Position numbers and translations under genes: made by a program. Positions 9,408-18,915 of a DNA stretch of 64,000 bases are shown in pieces; position 1 is the stretch's first letter, and every line of letters starts with the position of its first letter. Origin of the DNA: Candidatus Komeilibacteria bacterium CG11_big_fil_rev_8_21_14_0_20_36_20 (GTDB lineage: Bacteria; Patescibacteriota; Patescibacteriia; UBA1558; GWA2-36-10); NCBI GenBank assembly GCA_002787405.1, contig PCWQ01000007.1, forward strand, positions 31,296 through 95,295, given 5' to 3'. The notes beneath the pieces are model-generated. The model was not told the DNA's origin and searched no databases. It saw only the letters and a list, made by a program, of their open reading frames with translations.

Positions 9408-11090
9408 AGCTGTTTGTTTTAAGTATAAAATAATTTTCTAAAAATAAAGCATCTAGCTCAGTATTGTTAAAAAGATTTAATGCCTGCTCAGGATTCTCCA
9501 CAATAGGTTCTCCCCTACCATTCATTGATGTATTCATAACAAGAGGGATCCCTGTAATTTTGTAAAATTCTTTTATTAAATTGTAATATGATTCATTAAC
9601 ATCTTTTTTTACAACTTGTGGTCGCGTTGAATTATCAACATGTAAAGCCGCCGGAATTTTATCTTGCATATTATTTTGTATATATCTAGCAATAATCATA
9701 AAATCGGCACAATTGGGAATATAGCCCTGGAGATATTTATGTTTATATTCATCTAAAATTGATACAGCAAGTGGCCGCCACTGTTCTCTATATTTTATTG
9801 TATTCATTCTTTCTTTGTTTTTCTTTTTTGTTGGGTTTGATAAGATACTTCTGTTCCCTAAAGCTCTTGCACCAGCTTCCATTTTGCCATTAAACCAACC
9901 AATAACTTTATCCTCAGCGATTAACTTTGCTGCTTGCTTATATGGTTCTTTAAGATATTCAAATCTTAGACCCTTAGATTTTAGCATTTTTTCTATATAA
10001 CTATTACTATATTTAGTGCCATAATATAGATGGCGCATCTCTTCAAAATCATTCCTCCCAGTTTTTTCAACATATTTCAACATTGCTGAACCAATCATAC
10101 TACCATTATCTCCAGCTAAAGGCTGGATAAAAATATCTTGAATCAACCCTGACTCTAAGATTTTACTATTCATAACGCAGTTCATCGCCACGCCACCAGC
10201 TAGACATAAATTATTACTTTTAAATTTCCTTTTCCCTATTTTTATTAGAATCAATAATACTTCTTCAACTAAATCCTGGACCGCATAAGCAAGATCAACA
10301 TATTTCTTATCAAAATTTTCTCTTTTTTTTCTTCTAAAATATCAATTGCAAATGTAGCTTTAATATAATTGAATCTATCTTTCCAAGACGATGCTAATTT
10401 CTTGTGTCTTATTTGATAACCACTTCTTCTAAGTTTCATTATTTTTTTATCAAATAACTTTTTTATTTTTTTATCATAATTTCCATAAGCAGATAGTCCC
10501 ATAGTTTGACCTTCACCACTTATTGGTTTAAAACCTAGGAATCCTGTTATATCGGTATATATTTCTCCAATCGAATTAGGCCAATCAAATACTTTAATTT
10601 CTTTGAGCTTACCCTCCACTCCTTTAAAAATAACGGAAGATTCTTTTTCGCCAGCTCCATCTACTGTAATAACCAATGATTCATCAAACCCACTCAAATA
10701 GTAAGCTGATGCGGCGTGTGATAAGTGATGATTATAAAATGTAATTGGTGGCATTTTTAAATTACCAAATTTTAATTTAAGTTGATCATATATAATATCT
10801 TTTGCCTCTAATATCACCTCGCTATGTTTTAATCCTTTTTGTTTTACAAAAGGCCATTGTGTGGGTTCAAAAGGAATGGTGATATAATCTATATCAGATA
10901 AAGTTAAATTATTCATATTAAGTGTTATACTAATAGCATTAATAGGAAATTGTCCTTCTGCGTGCTTAACCCTAGTAAATCTTTCCTCTTCTAAAATTGA
11001 TATAATTTTGTTATCTTCCAATAAAATTACCGCCCCATCGTGAGTTCCAAAATAAGGTGGTATGCTTGGTTTAAAAGATAAAATTTTCAT
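9286..11090 (-). pseudogene. NodU/CmcH-family O-carbamoyltransferase split by a frameshift
   Basis: N-half HDGAV..EEERFTRVKH, HHLSHAASAYY, VDGAGE; C-half LAGGVAMNC, GARALGNRSIL, HVDNSTRPQ, NTSMN. The frames join if the A8 run (T8 at 10323-10330) were A9. The C-terminus runs 122 nt into the next gene. Confidence 0.8.
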
Positions 11091-11117
11091 AATGTTATTT
11101 TAAATTATTAAAATTTA

Positions 11118-11948
11118 TTATATATTTTTTTCTTTCTGCAATAACCATAAAAGTATAGCTTTTTGTATATGTAATCTATTTTCAGATTGATTAAAAATAA
11201 TAGAATTATCGTGATTAATTGCATCACGAGAAATTTCATATCCTATTAACTTTACCATCAGTAAAAAATTCCATATTCATCCAAGTATCTGTATGTATAT
11301 AATTAACATCTTTTAATGCCTCTTGTAAATCTAGTGTTCTAATAACTAACCCAGTTGATTCAGCTTGTTTATTAAGCTTTGCATCAATGCTGCTTTTATC
11401 TGCTTTAGGGGAAACAATTATAAATTGAATGCCTAATTTTACACAGGCTAACATTAAAGTATTTGATACATTATTTTCAATCCCTAACCAAGCTACTCTT
11501 TTAATTTTATCTACCCCTTGGAATGCTCTGCCATAGTTAATATATCACTCAAGGCTTGGGAAGGATGATATTTTTCACTACATCCATCAATAACTGGAAT
11601 TTGATTATGCTTAGCAGCACTCAAGATATCATCTGTATTCACGGCACGAAACATTAAAATATCGCCAAAATTCATCATTGATTTTATTTCATCATTGAAA
11701 TCTGTTATAGAAAACTGAGTTGTTCGTATATCTATAAAAATAGCGTGACCACCTAGTTCGGTCATGGCTGTCTCATAAGACAATCGAGTTCTTGTAGATG
11801 TTTTTTGAAATAACATGAGTAAGGTTTGATTATGTAAATAATCTGGCAAATAATTTTTCTTTCTTTGCTTTTTTAATTTTTGTGCTAAAGTTAATATAGA
11901 TAAAATATCTTCCTTGCTTTGCTCTTTAAGAGAAATTAAATGTCTCAT
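11118..11948 (-). pseudogene. argF: Ornithine carbamoyltransferase (ArgF/ArcB-like) pseudogene
   Basis: FQKTSTRTRLS and HPSQALSD present; frameshift at a G4 near 11513; middle piece VAWLGIENNVSN..HTDTW; C-terminal piece IGYEISRDAI..FNQSENRLHIQKAIL in another frame, with the HCLP motif region deleted. Confidence 0.85.
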
Positions 11949-11980
11949 AATCCTTTAAAGTTATTAAAATTGTTGATTGA

Positions 11981-12976
11981 TTATCGTGCCCCTTTTATAG
12001 CAATCACCACCATATGAGATGATAAACCATTATCTGCTAACCACTTCTGAAAAGAATCTGAGTATTTTTCCCATTCATCAATTAAGACCCGCTTGAAAAA
12101 TGCTTGTTTATCAAGTGAAATAACCCCCTCTCTTACTTTGTTTCTAACTAACTCAGCATCTAATTTACCAGGAGTTTTAATCTCCAAAACTTCAAAACCG
12201 TTGGTTTCTAATAATAAAGAAATGGATTCTGGATGAAAATAATTCAAATGATCTGGAGCAGTTGTATTATCAGAATGCTCTCCTAAAACTAATAAATCAA
12301 AACCTTTAATATTTGGGGTTGTTAAAAATAATAATCCACCGTCATTTAATTTATCTGATATGCTCTTAAGATACTCAATTGGATTAAACACATGCTCTAT
12401 GGACTCAATACTTGTCGCCACATTAACTTTATTAATATTCACATTTTCAATAAAACCCTCTACGACCTGCAAACCTTTCTGACGACAAGACTCTGCTGGA
12501 CTTGGGTCTGGCTCAACAGCAATTACTTGTTTAAATTTTCCTGTCTTTTTTATCTGCTCACAAAAAGTGCCACAACCAGCCCCAACATCCATGAATGATT
12601 CAGTAGGAATTTTATATTTTTCACAAAATTTAATAATTTCCTTCACCCGTGGCATAATAATATGCTTTATTCTAGCTGCCTCTGATTGAGGATAAACGTT
12701 TTCGTTCCAAAATTTTTCAGCTAAAGAAGTTTTATAATGTTCAAAGACTATTTGCTGCGTCGGTCGAGGATTTACAAAAACTGTTTCGCAAATATTACAT
12801 TGTACAAAAATAAAGCCGTCTCTTTTATAAAAAAAATTGTACTCTTTCTTGCCACAGGCAGGACAATTTATCTCTACAAATTGATCTTTCTTTGACAATA
12901 CCCTATCCTGATCTAATTTGTATAATCTCCTACCCTCGGCACGAAAATTATCCGCCCTGATATCATTTTCCTTCAT
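11981..12976 (-). CDS. SAM methyltransferase with N-terminal CxxC/CxxC zinc site
   Basis: CPAC...CNIC, MDVGAGCG, ESIEHV, LTTPN, HLNYF. Confidence 0.85.
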   Translation of the reverse strand: MKENDIRADNFRAEGRRLYKLDQDRVLSKKDQFVEINCPACGKKEYNFFYKRDGFIFVQCNICETVFVNPRPTQQIVFEHYKTSLAEKFWNENVYPQSEAARIKHIIMPRVKEIIKFCEKYKIPTESFMDVGAGCGTFCEQIKKTGKFKQVIAVEPDPSPAESCRQKGLQVVEGFIENVNINKVNVATSIESIEHVFNPIEYLKSISDKLNDGGLLFLTTPNIKGFDLLVLGEHSDNTTAPDHLNYFHPESISLLLETNGFEVLEIKTPGKLDAELVRNKVREGVISLDKQAFFKRVLIDEWEKYSDSFQKWLADNGLSSHMVVIAIKGAR

Positions 12977-13001
12977 TACTAATAAATTAATATTTATCGA
13001 G

Positions 13002-14105
13002 CTATTTGATTGGATCTTTCAATATCCACTCCCCTATTTTATTCTTTTTCCACATTGGTCCCCTAAATTTTTCAGCTACATTCCAGAATTTATCTAAAGT
13101 GATACCGATATAATCACAAAACTGTTTGATAAATTTCACGCCACATTTACCATCATATTCCCTAACGAGTTTGACGCCCTCTTCTCTGGTTATTCTACCA
13201 GCCCAGATATCAGCGCAAGCTTCATCGGTGGCAAAACCATAACCAAGTTTCATATGTTTTAACATCTGATTCATAATTCCCGTATCATCATCAAGGGCGT
13301 GATATTTTGTATAACGTCCCAACTCCAAAGCATCATCGGTTCTAATATGTAGACCTCTATTAATGGCAAACATTGCATGCTCATGTGGCGACCATCTCTT
13401 ATAATAGCCAAGATATATCATTTTGACTCCTGATTGTCTTATCTCCTCTTGAGATGGATAATGATAAGGGATTAGATCTTTAGCTGTCACACCATCACAA
13501 AGAAGATGGGATGAGTCACCCGAAAAACCTAAAGTATTTTGTTCATTAATTCTTGATGCATCACCACCATTTTTGTCTTCAGTGTCATCATCTAAAGTCG
13601 TAGTTTCAATATCAAAAATAACTAAGGGAACTTTATACATAATAGCTGCTCTCACCGGCGTTGCATATAAAGCATATTCCGAAGGCTTAACAGGGTTCCC
13701 CCAAGTATAAAAAGCCATTTTAGCCACTTTTTGACAGACCTTAGGATTAGGTCTAAACATAAAACAATCAAAGCCCATTTTTTGTAAATTATTGATATTA
13801 TGTCTGCCTATTTCAGTGATACCGTCAGGAACCATGTTGGCCAGCAGAACATTAAGACCAAGTACATCTCTGGCATAAAGCGCCATATAAGTACTGTCTT
13901 TGCCACCACTCACTCCAACCACACAATCATATTGAGCCCCTTTGTTTTTAGCTTCCTGAGCTATGTCTATAAGCTGTTTCCTCCTTCCCTCCCAGTCTAT
14001 CTTATCCAAGGATTCATAATAACGACAAAAGTTACAAACACCCCTGTCATCGAAATTTATACCTGGCCTTGTTTCAGGTACAACACATTTTGTACAATAC
14101 CTCAT
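13002..14105 (-). CDS. N-acetyl sugar amidotransferase (WbuX/PseA-like, PP-loop)
   Basis: MRYCTKCVVP.TRPGI.FD..GVCNFC, VSGGKDS, GRITREEG...EYDG. Confidence 0.88.
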   Translation of the reverse strand: MRYCTKCVVPETRPGINFDDRGVCNFCRYYESLDKIDWEGRRKQLIDIAQEAKNKGAQYDCVVGVSGGKDSTYMALYARDVLGLNVLLANMVPDGITEIGRHNINNLQKMGFDCFMFRPNPKVCQKVAKMAFYTWGNPVKPSEYALYATPVRAAIMYKVPLVIFDIETTTLDDDTEDKNGGDASRINEQNTLGFSGDSSHLLCDGVTAKDLIPYHYPSQEEIRQSGVKMIYLGYYKRWSPHEHAMFAINRGLHIRTDDALELGRYTKYHALDDDTGIMNQMLKHMKLGYGFATDEACADIWAGRITREEGVKLVREYDGKCGVKFIKQFCDYIGITLDKFWNVAEKFRGPMWKKNKIGEWILKDPIK

Positions 14106-14130
14106 AATTTTATTATTAGTTTATTAATAA

Positions 14131-14985
14131 TTATCTTGATGTTAATTTTCTTTTTTTGAAAAATAAAGCTGTTTTTAACCAACTATAATATCTTAAATAT
14201 GTTATTAATATTAAAAATGGAAGAATGGCGATATCTTTAACAAAACCCGAACTTTTAAATGGTGTAATAAAATCGGTCATAAATGGATGACAATAAGATT
14301 TTAATTTTCTACTAATGCTCCAATTCTTAGCGTATTTCTTATAAAATAAACAGTCGCCACGACCATAACGAATCCAACGATCTATAATTGCTCCTATTGA
14401 AGCAAAACCCTTTTCATAACAAATAGCCTCAGAAATGGCAAATTTATGACCATCTTTAGCCATTCTAGTACAAAGATCTGTATCATCACTATTAGTCATA
14501 AAAGTATCATATCTATACTTTTTTAATACCTCTCTTAGAAAGAGAGTTGGCGTGCCAACTACATTCTTATAACCCGGCTTATATTTTTCTCTGTAAATAT
14601 TCTGAGCCCAACCAAGATAAGAATCTGTTTCACTTAACATTGTTATAGCAGAAACTATCGCACACTTATACTTCTCTAGATACTCTATCATCTTTATTAA
14701 AGATCCCTGGGGCATTATATTGTCAGCGCCAACAAAAACGATGTATTTACATTCGGCTGCATCTAATCCTATGTTTCGTGCATTGCCAAGCCCTTTTCGG
14801 CTATCATTAACAATTTTATCTACAAAAGGTCTGGCTATCTCTGTTGTTTTATCAGTTGAACCAGCGTCGACTAAAATTATTTCTTTAGGATTATTTTCTT
14901 TAACCGAGCTTAAGCATCCTTCTATTATCTCCTCACAATTATACGAACAAACAACCACCGATAGATCTAATAATTCATCTTCCAT
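14131..14985 (-). CDS. Glycosyltransferase family 2
   Basis: SVVVCSYN, VDAGSTDKT, GLGNARNIG, DDTDL. Confidence 0.88.
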   Translation of the reverse strand: MEDELLDLSVVVCSYNCEEIIEGCLSSVKENNPKEIILVDAGSTDKTTEIARPFVDKIVNDSRKGLGNARNIGLDAAECKYIVFVGADNIMPQGSLIKMIEYLEKYKCAIVSAITMLSETDSYLGWAQNIYREKYKPGYKNVVGTPTLFLREVLKKYRYDTFMTNSDDTDLCTRMAKDGHKFAISEAICYEKGFASIGAIIDRWIRYGRGDCLFYKKYAKNWSISRKLKSYCHPFMTDFITPFKSSGFVKDIAILPFLILITYLRYYSWLKTALFFKKRKLTSR

Positions 14986-14986
14986 A

Positions 14987-16417
14987 TTATCTTTTCATGA
15001 CTAATTTTAAATAATGCATAATATAAATAAAGCTATCTTTAGTGTTTTTCACTTCATATTTTAAATTCCTTCTAATAGATGGCACGTCTTTGATTATTAA
15101 AAAAATTCTATTTGGCGGCAATTTAATCAATAAATTTACTAGCCATTTCAAATTCGGGAAACGAATTAAAAGATAACATAATTTATCTAAATTTATTAAT
15201 TGTCTTATATTATCCTGTTTTATAAGCGAATTATTGCTATCGGCGGTTGAACCAGCATTTTTGTAGGTAATTATATCTTTAAGATAATTATTATCAAGGC
15301 AATAATTCCCTATCTGAGTTTTAGGATAAGGTACCAAGACATTAGAGTTAATATCATCTAAATCAAGCTGCCTACATAAATTTATAGTCTCATAAGCATT
15401 ATCCATAGTTTCTCCTGGCCAGCCAAATATAATATCTGCGCCTATTCTAATTTGATATTTTTTTAACAGTTGACAAGCTGCTATTATTTGCTTATTGCTC
15501 ATGTTACGATTTAATAGCTCTTTTCTTAAAGTTTCATTGCCAGTTTGGATACCAATAACAAGCTTATCGCAACCAGCTTTTTTTAAAAGAGCAATATATT
15601 CTTCACTAATATCTTCAACTCTGGCATAAATTATAAATCCTGGCAATTTTTTTTCTATGTACAATTTCAAAAACTCTCTTACTTGTTCTAATTTTACATT
15701 AAAAGTTGCATCTTGAAACCTAGCCCATTTCAAACCATATTTATCTTTAACATATAATAGCTCCGCTATGAGCTTTTGAGGCGAATATAAGCGAAAATGA
15801 GTCCCGCCTCCATCCCTATAAAATTGATTTATCCAATTAGTATAGCAATAGGAACATCGAAAAGGGCAACCTCGTGATAAAATGAACGGTTTTGTCTCTA
15901 ACTTTCTTAATTTCTCATATTTCTTAAAATAAATATCTCTATCAAAAGAAGGTAAATGTTCTATATTATTAACATATGCTATGGCTGTATTTTTTTCCAC
16001 TTGTCCATTTTTCTTAAACCAAATTCCTGGAATATTGAAAAAATTTTCTTTCTTGTCTAGTCGATTTAAAATTTCTAGACAAGCTAACTCGCCGTCACCC
16101 ACACACATTAAATCTATACAATCCTCATTAACTATTTCCGGAAAAACTAAAGTAAATGCCCCGCCAATTAAAGTTAAAATATCTTTATTTATCTTCTTTA
16201 TCTCTCTCAAAATTGCAAGAACATCTTCCTGCTCTCCGATACATAAACTACAAGCAACTATATCGGGCTTAAAATTCATTACTGATTCGTAAAAACTATC
16301 TTCTTCCTCTAAACAAAAAACATCAACTACATGACCATGCTCCTTCAAAACTGAAGATATGGCCATGACGCCTAAATTTTCTAACAAGATATGCTGAAGA
16401 AAAGCAATTCTGGCCAT
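14987..16417 (-). CDS. B12-binding radical SAM enzyme
   Basis: N-terminal B12-binding domain (LGVMAISSVLKEHGH, VGDGE); SRGCPFRCSYC. Confidence 0.88.
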   Translation of the reverse strand: MARIAFLQHILLENLGVMAISSVLKEHGHVVDVFCLEEEDSFYESVMNFKPDIVACSLCIGEQEDVLAILREIKKINKDILTLIGGAFTLVFPEIVNEDCIDLMCVGDGELACLEILNRLDKKENFFNIPGIWFKKNGQVEKNTAIAYVNNIEHLPSFDRDIYFKKYEKLRKLETKPFILSRGCPFRCSYCYTNWINQFYRDGGGTHFRLYSPQKLIAELLYVKDKYGLKWARFQDATFNVKLEQVREFLKLYIEKKLPGFIIYARVEDISEEYIALLKKAGCDKLVIGIQTGNETLRKELLNRNMSNKQIIAACQLLKKYQIRIGADIIFGWPGETMDNAYETINLCRQLDLDDINSNVLVPYPKTQIGNYCLDNNYLKDIITYKNAGSTADSNNSLIKQDNIRQLINLDKLCYLLIRFPNLKWLVNLLIKLPPNRIFLIIKDVPSIRRNLKYEVKNTKDSFIYIMHYLKLVMKR

Positions 16418-18114
16418 TAAAGAGCCCCCCCTTCCAACAAATTCAATTCCTTGTTTATATCAATTTTAAAATGCTTAAAATAACTTCTAGAAGTCTCACT
16501 TGTCTTTAATATATCTTGAGCTTTATGCCAATTATCTTTAACCTTTAATAAATCCCCTTTGATTTCATACGCTTTGCCGAGAACATAATAAGCAATCGCA
16601 TGATCTGGTGCTAATTCAATCACTCCTTTAAAATCTCTAATTGCCTGATCTACTCTATCAGAATTTAAATTTCTGGAATTTATAAAATTGACCTCGAGAT
16701 TGGCTAAATAATTTTTTTCCAAAATATATTCTTTAGAAAAATTTGGCCAATCTACATTACTTGTAACCAAGGGATACCCATATCTTATACTATCAGCCAC
16801 AATATATCCTTTCTGGAGACACTCTTCAAATATTCTTGACCCAGGAATTGCTTGATAATTCCTAATTAAAGCCCAATCTAGATCTAAAGATCGAGCAAAC
16901 TCCAAAGTTTCTTCAACTTCTTTTTTAGTTTCAAAATGAAAACCCGAAATAAAAAAACCAATAATATAACCCTTGCCTAATTTTCTTATTCTTCTAACAA
17001 CATTTTTTGATATCTCTAAATTTAACACTTTGCCAATTTCTTTAAGTGTTTTCTGGCTGCCAGATTCAAAAGCAAGATTAAAGATAGCTATGCCACTATC
17101 ATACATCTTTTTTATTATTTCTTCATCTAGAAAATTTACACCTAAACCTCCTCCAACTCCCCAGCGAATATTCAAACCTCTTTTGATTATTTCATCCATA
17201 ATAGCCACAGCTTTTTTGGTGCTAACTGTAAAATTATCATCATTAAAAACTATTGCATTAACACCATATTCCTTAATAAGTAATTCTATCTCATCTACCA
17301 CATTTTTGGAATTACGATAACGTATTGATCTACCCCAAATGTGTTTTGCTGAACAAAAAGAACAAGAATATGGACAGCCTCGAGAAGCAGTCATAATGCC
17401 TATTTTAGCATTGTTACGACCTAAAACACGAAAGAGAAAATTTCTGCTTAAATTTCCATATTCTGAAAAATCATTGGGCATAATATAGTCATCCGGCGAT
17501 ATGTTAGTTCTGTCAGGAAAAGGCAACTCGTCTAAATTTTTGATTAAAAATTTATTTTCTTTAAATATAATATTTTTATCATCTCTATAAGCTATTCCAT
17601 GCAAATTTTCTACTCCTTTTTCTTTATTTAAAAAAAGAATTAAATCCATAAAACAAATCTCACCTTCTCCAATTATTGCATAATCTATATTATTATCTTT
17701 TAAAGCATCTGAATAAGAAATTGTAGGATAACTGCCGCCTATGACAGTGATTATGTCTGGTGATATTTTCTTTATAAGTGTACATGTTTGATGAACAATA
17801 TGTGATGTAGAATGAAACAAAGAACTCACTCCTATAATATCTGGGGAAACTTCTTCTATTTTATCTTTTAATAAACCCCAAGCTGCAGACATATCAACCT
17901 TCCCCTTAGAAATAAAATGCTTCATAGCCATTAAATTAGCATCAAAAATTTCAATCTCTACATCATTAATCTTACTTTGCAGATAAGAAGAAATATAACC
18001 AAGACCCAGTGGTGACTCTGCAAACTGACCACCAGATATTACCGTCTCGTAATTATAAGAATTGGTCTCTATAATAAATGGATTTATTAATAAAATTTTC
18101 TTGACTCTAGGCAT
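16417..18114 (-). CDS. B12-binding radical SAM enzyme with C-terminal TPR
   Basis: PLGLGYISSYL, IGEGE, SRGCPYSCSFC, DDNFT, C-terminal APDHAIAYYVLGKAY. ATG 18114 preferred over 18150 because it avoids the overlap. Confidence 0.88.
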   Translation of the reverse strand: MPRVKKILLINPFIIETNSYNYETVISGGQFAESPLGLGYISSYLQSKINDVEIEIFDANLMAMKHFISKGKVDMSAAWGLLKDKIEEVSPDIIGVSSLFHSTSHIVHQTCTLIKKISPDIITVIGGSYPTISYSDALKDNNIDYAIIGEGEICFMDLILFLNKEKGVENLHGIAYRDDKNIIFKENKFLIKNLDELPFPDRTNISPDDYIMPNDFSEYGNLSRNFLFRVLGRNNAKIGIMTASRGCPYSCSFCSAKHIWGRSIRYRNSKNVVDEIELLIKEYGVNAIVFNDDNFTVSTKKAVAIMDEIIKRGLNIRWGVGGGLGVNFLDEEIIKKMYDSGIAIFNLAFESGSQKTLKEIGKVLNLEISKNVVRRIRKLGKGYIIGFFISGFHFETKKEVEETLEFARSLDLDWALIRNYQAIPGSRIFEECLQKGYIVADSIRYGYPLVTSNVDWPNFSKEYILEKNYLANLEVNFINSRNLNSDRVDQAIRDFKGVIELAPDHAIAYYVLGKAYEIKGDLLKVKDNWHKAQDILKTSETSRSYFKHFKIDINKELNLLEGGAL

Positions 18115-18119
18115 AATTT

Positions 18120-18914
18120 TTATATAGTTTTTTTGATTTCCAGACAGCATACAGATAGTTGTTGGGGAATTGAATCAGATGATGTTCCATCATTCCATCC
18201 ATAATTATTATCATAAACAAAAATCTTTTTTTCTTCAATTTTAATATTAGGAAAATCTAACAATTTGTTTAAACGTTTATTGTCATATCGCAGCTCCAAA
18301 GCATACAACCCTAAACTATCTTTTTCAGTAATTATTTTTTCTCCTCCAAAAGGAACTGTTAATAATAGTTTGCCTCCTGGTTTTAAAACTCTAATCATTT
18401 CTTTCATTACCTTAAAATCTTCAGTCCATGTTTCAAGAGATGGAAAAAAATCAGGTAAATCTTTAGAACGATCAAATGAAGACCTCCCTCCCGCTAAATT
18501 AACCTTATCAAAGCCAATATGCTCAATGGTGGATATGCACATAATTTGGTTAAAAAAATTATCCGGATATGGTATATTGCGGGCATCAGCTTTTTGAAAT
18601 TTAATCTTTTCTTTCAACAAATCTGTCTCTACAAAATCTGCAAATCTTTTATAATTGAATGGAATAATATCTATAGAATAAAAATCTTCAGTGGAAAGTA
18701 TGAGTGATTCAAAAAAAACTTTAAAATATTTCCGATCAAAAAATGTTGTACTTAGATCTAATACTTTTTCATGTTTATCTTTTAAAACCCGTAAAATAAC
18801 CCAAGGAATTTCCACGCAACGCATTGATTTTTCCATTAACAAACTACTAAATCCCTGCTCACCGTGGCCAATATCATTTTTTTTATCTTGAAGGAATTTT
18901 TTTATTTCTTCCAT
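18120..18914 (-). CDS. Class I methyltransferase-fold protein
   Basis: ADARNIPYPDNFF, CISTIEHIG, RVLKPGGKLLLTVPFG; glycine-rich motif I is degenerate (VLDLST). Confidence 0.72.
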   Translation of the reverse strand: MEEIKKFLQDKKNDIGHGEQGFSSLLMEKSMRCVEIPWVILRVLKDKHEKVLDLSTTFFDRKYFKVFFESLILSTEDFYSIDIIPFNYKRFADFVETDLLKEKIKFQKADARNIPYPDNFFNQIMCISTIEHIGFDKVNLAGGRSSFDRSKDLPDFFPSLETWTEDFKVMKEMIRVLKPGGKLLLTVPFGGEKIITEKDSLGLYALELRYDNKRLNKLLDFPNIKIEEKKIFVYDNNYGWNDGTSSDSIPQQLSVCCLEIKKTI

Positions 18915-18915
18915 A

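Noticed and set aside
10320-10335. Programmed -1 ribosomal frameshift in the carbamoyltransferase
   Set aside because: A slippery heptamer is present, but I saw no stimulatory structure and the neighbouring gene is clearly decayed, so mutation, slippage or sequencing error is more parsimonious.
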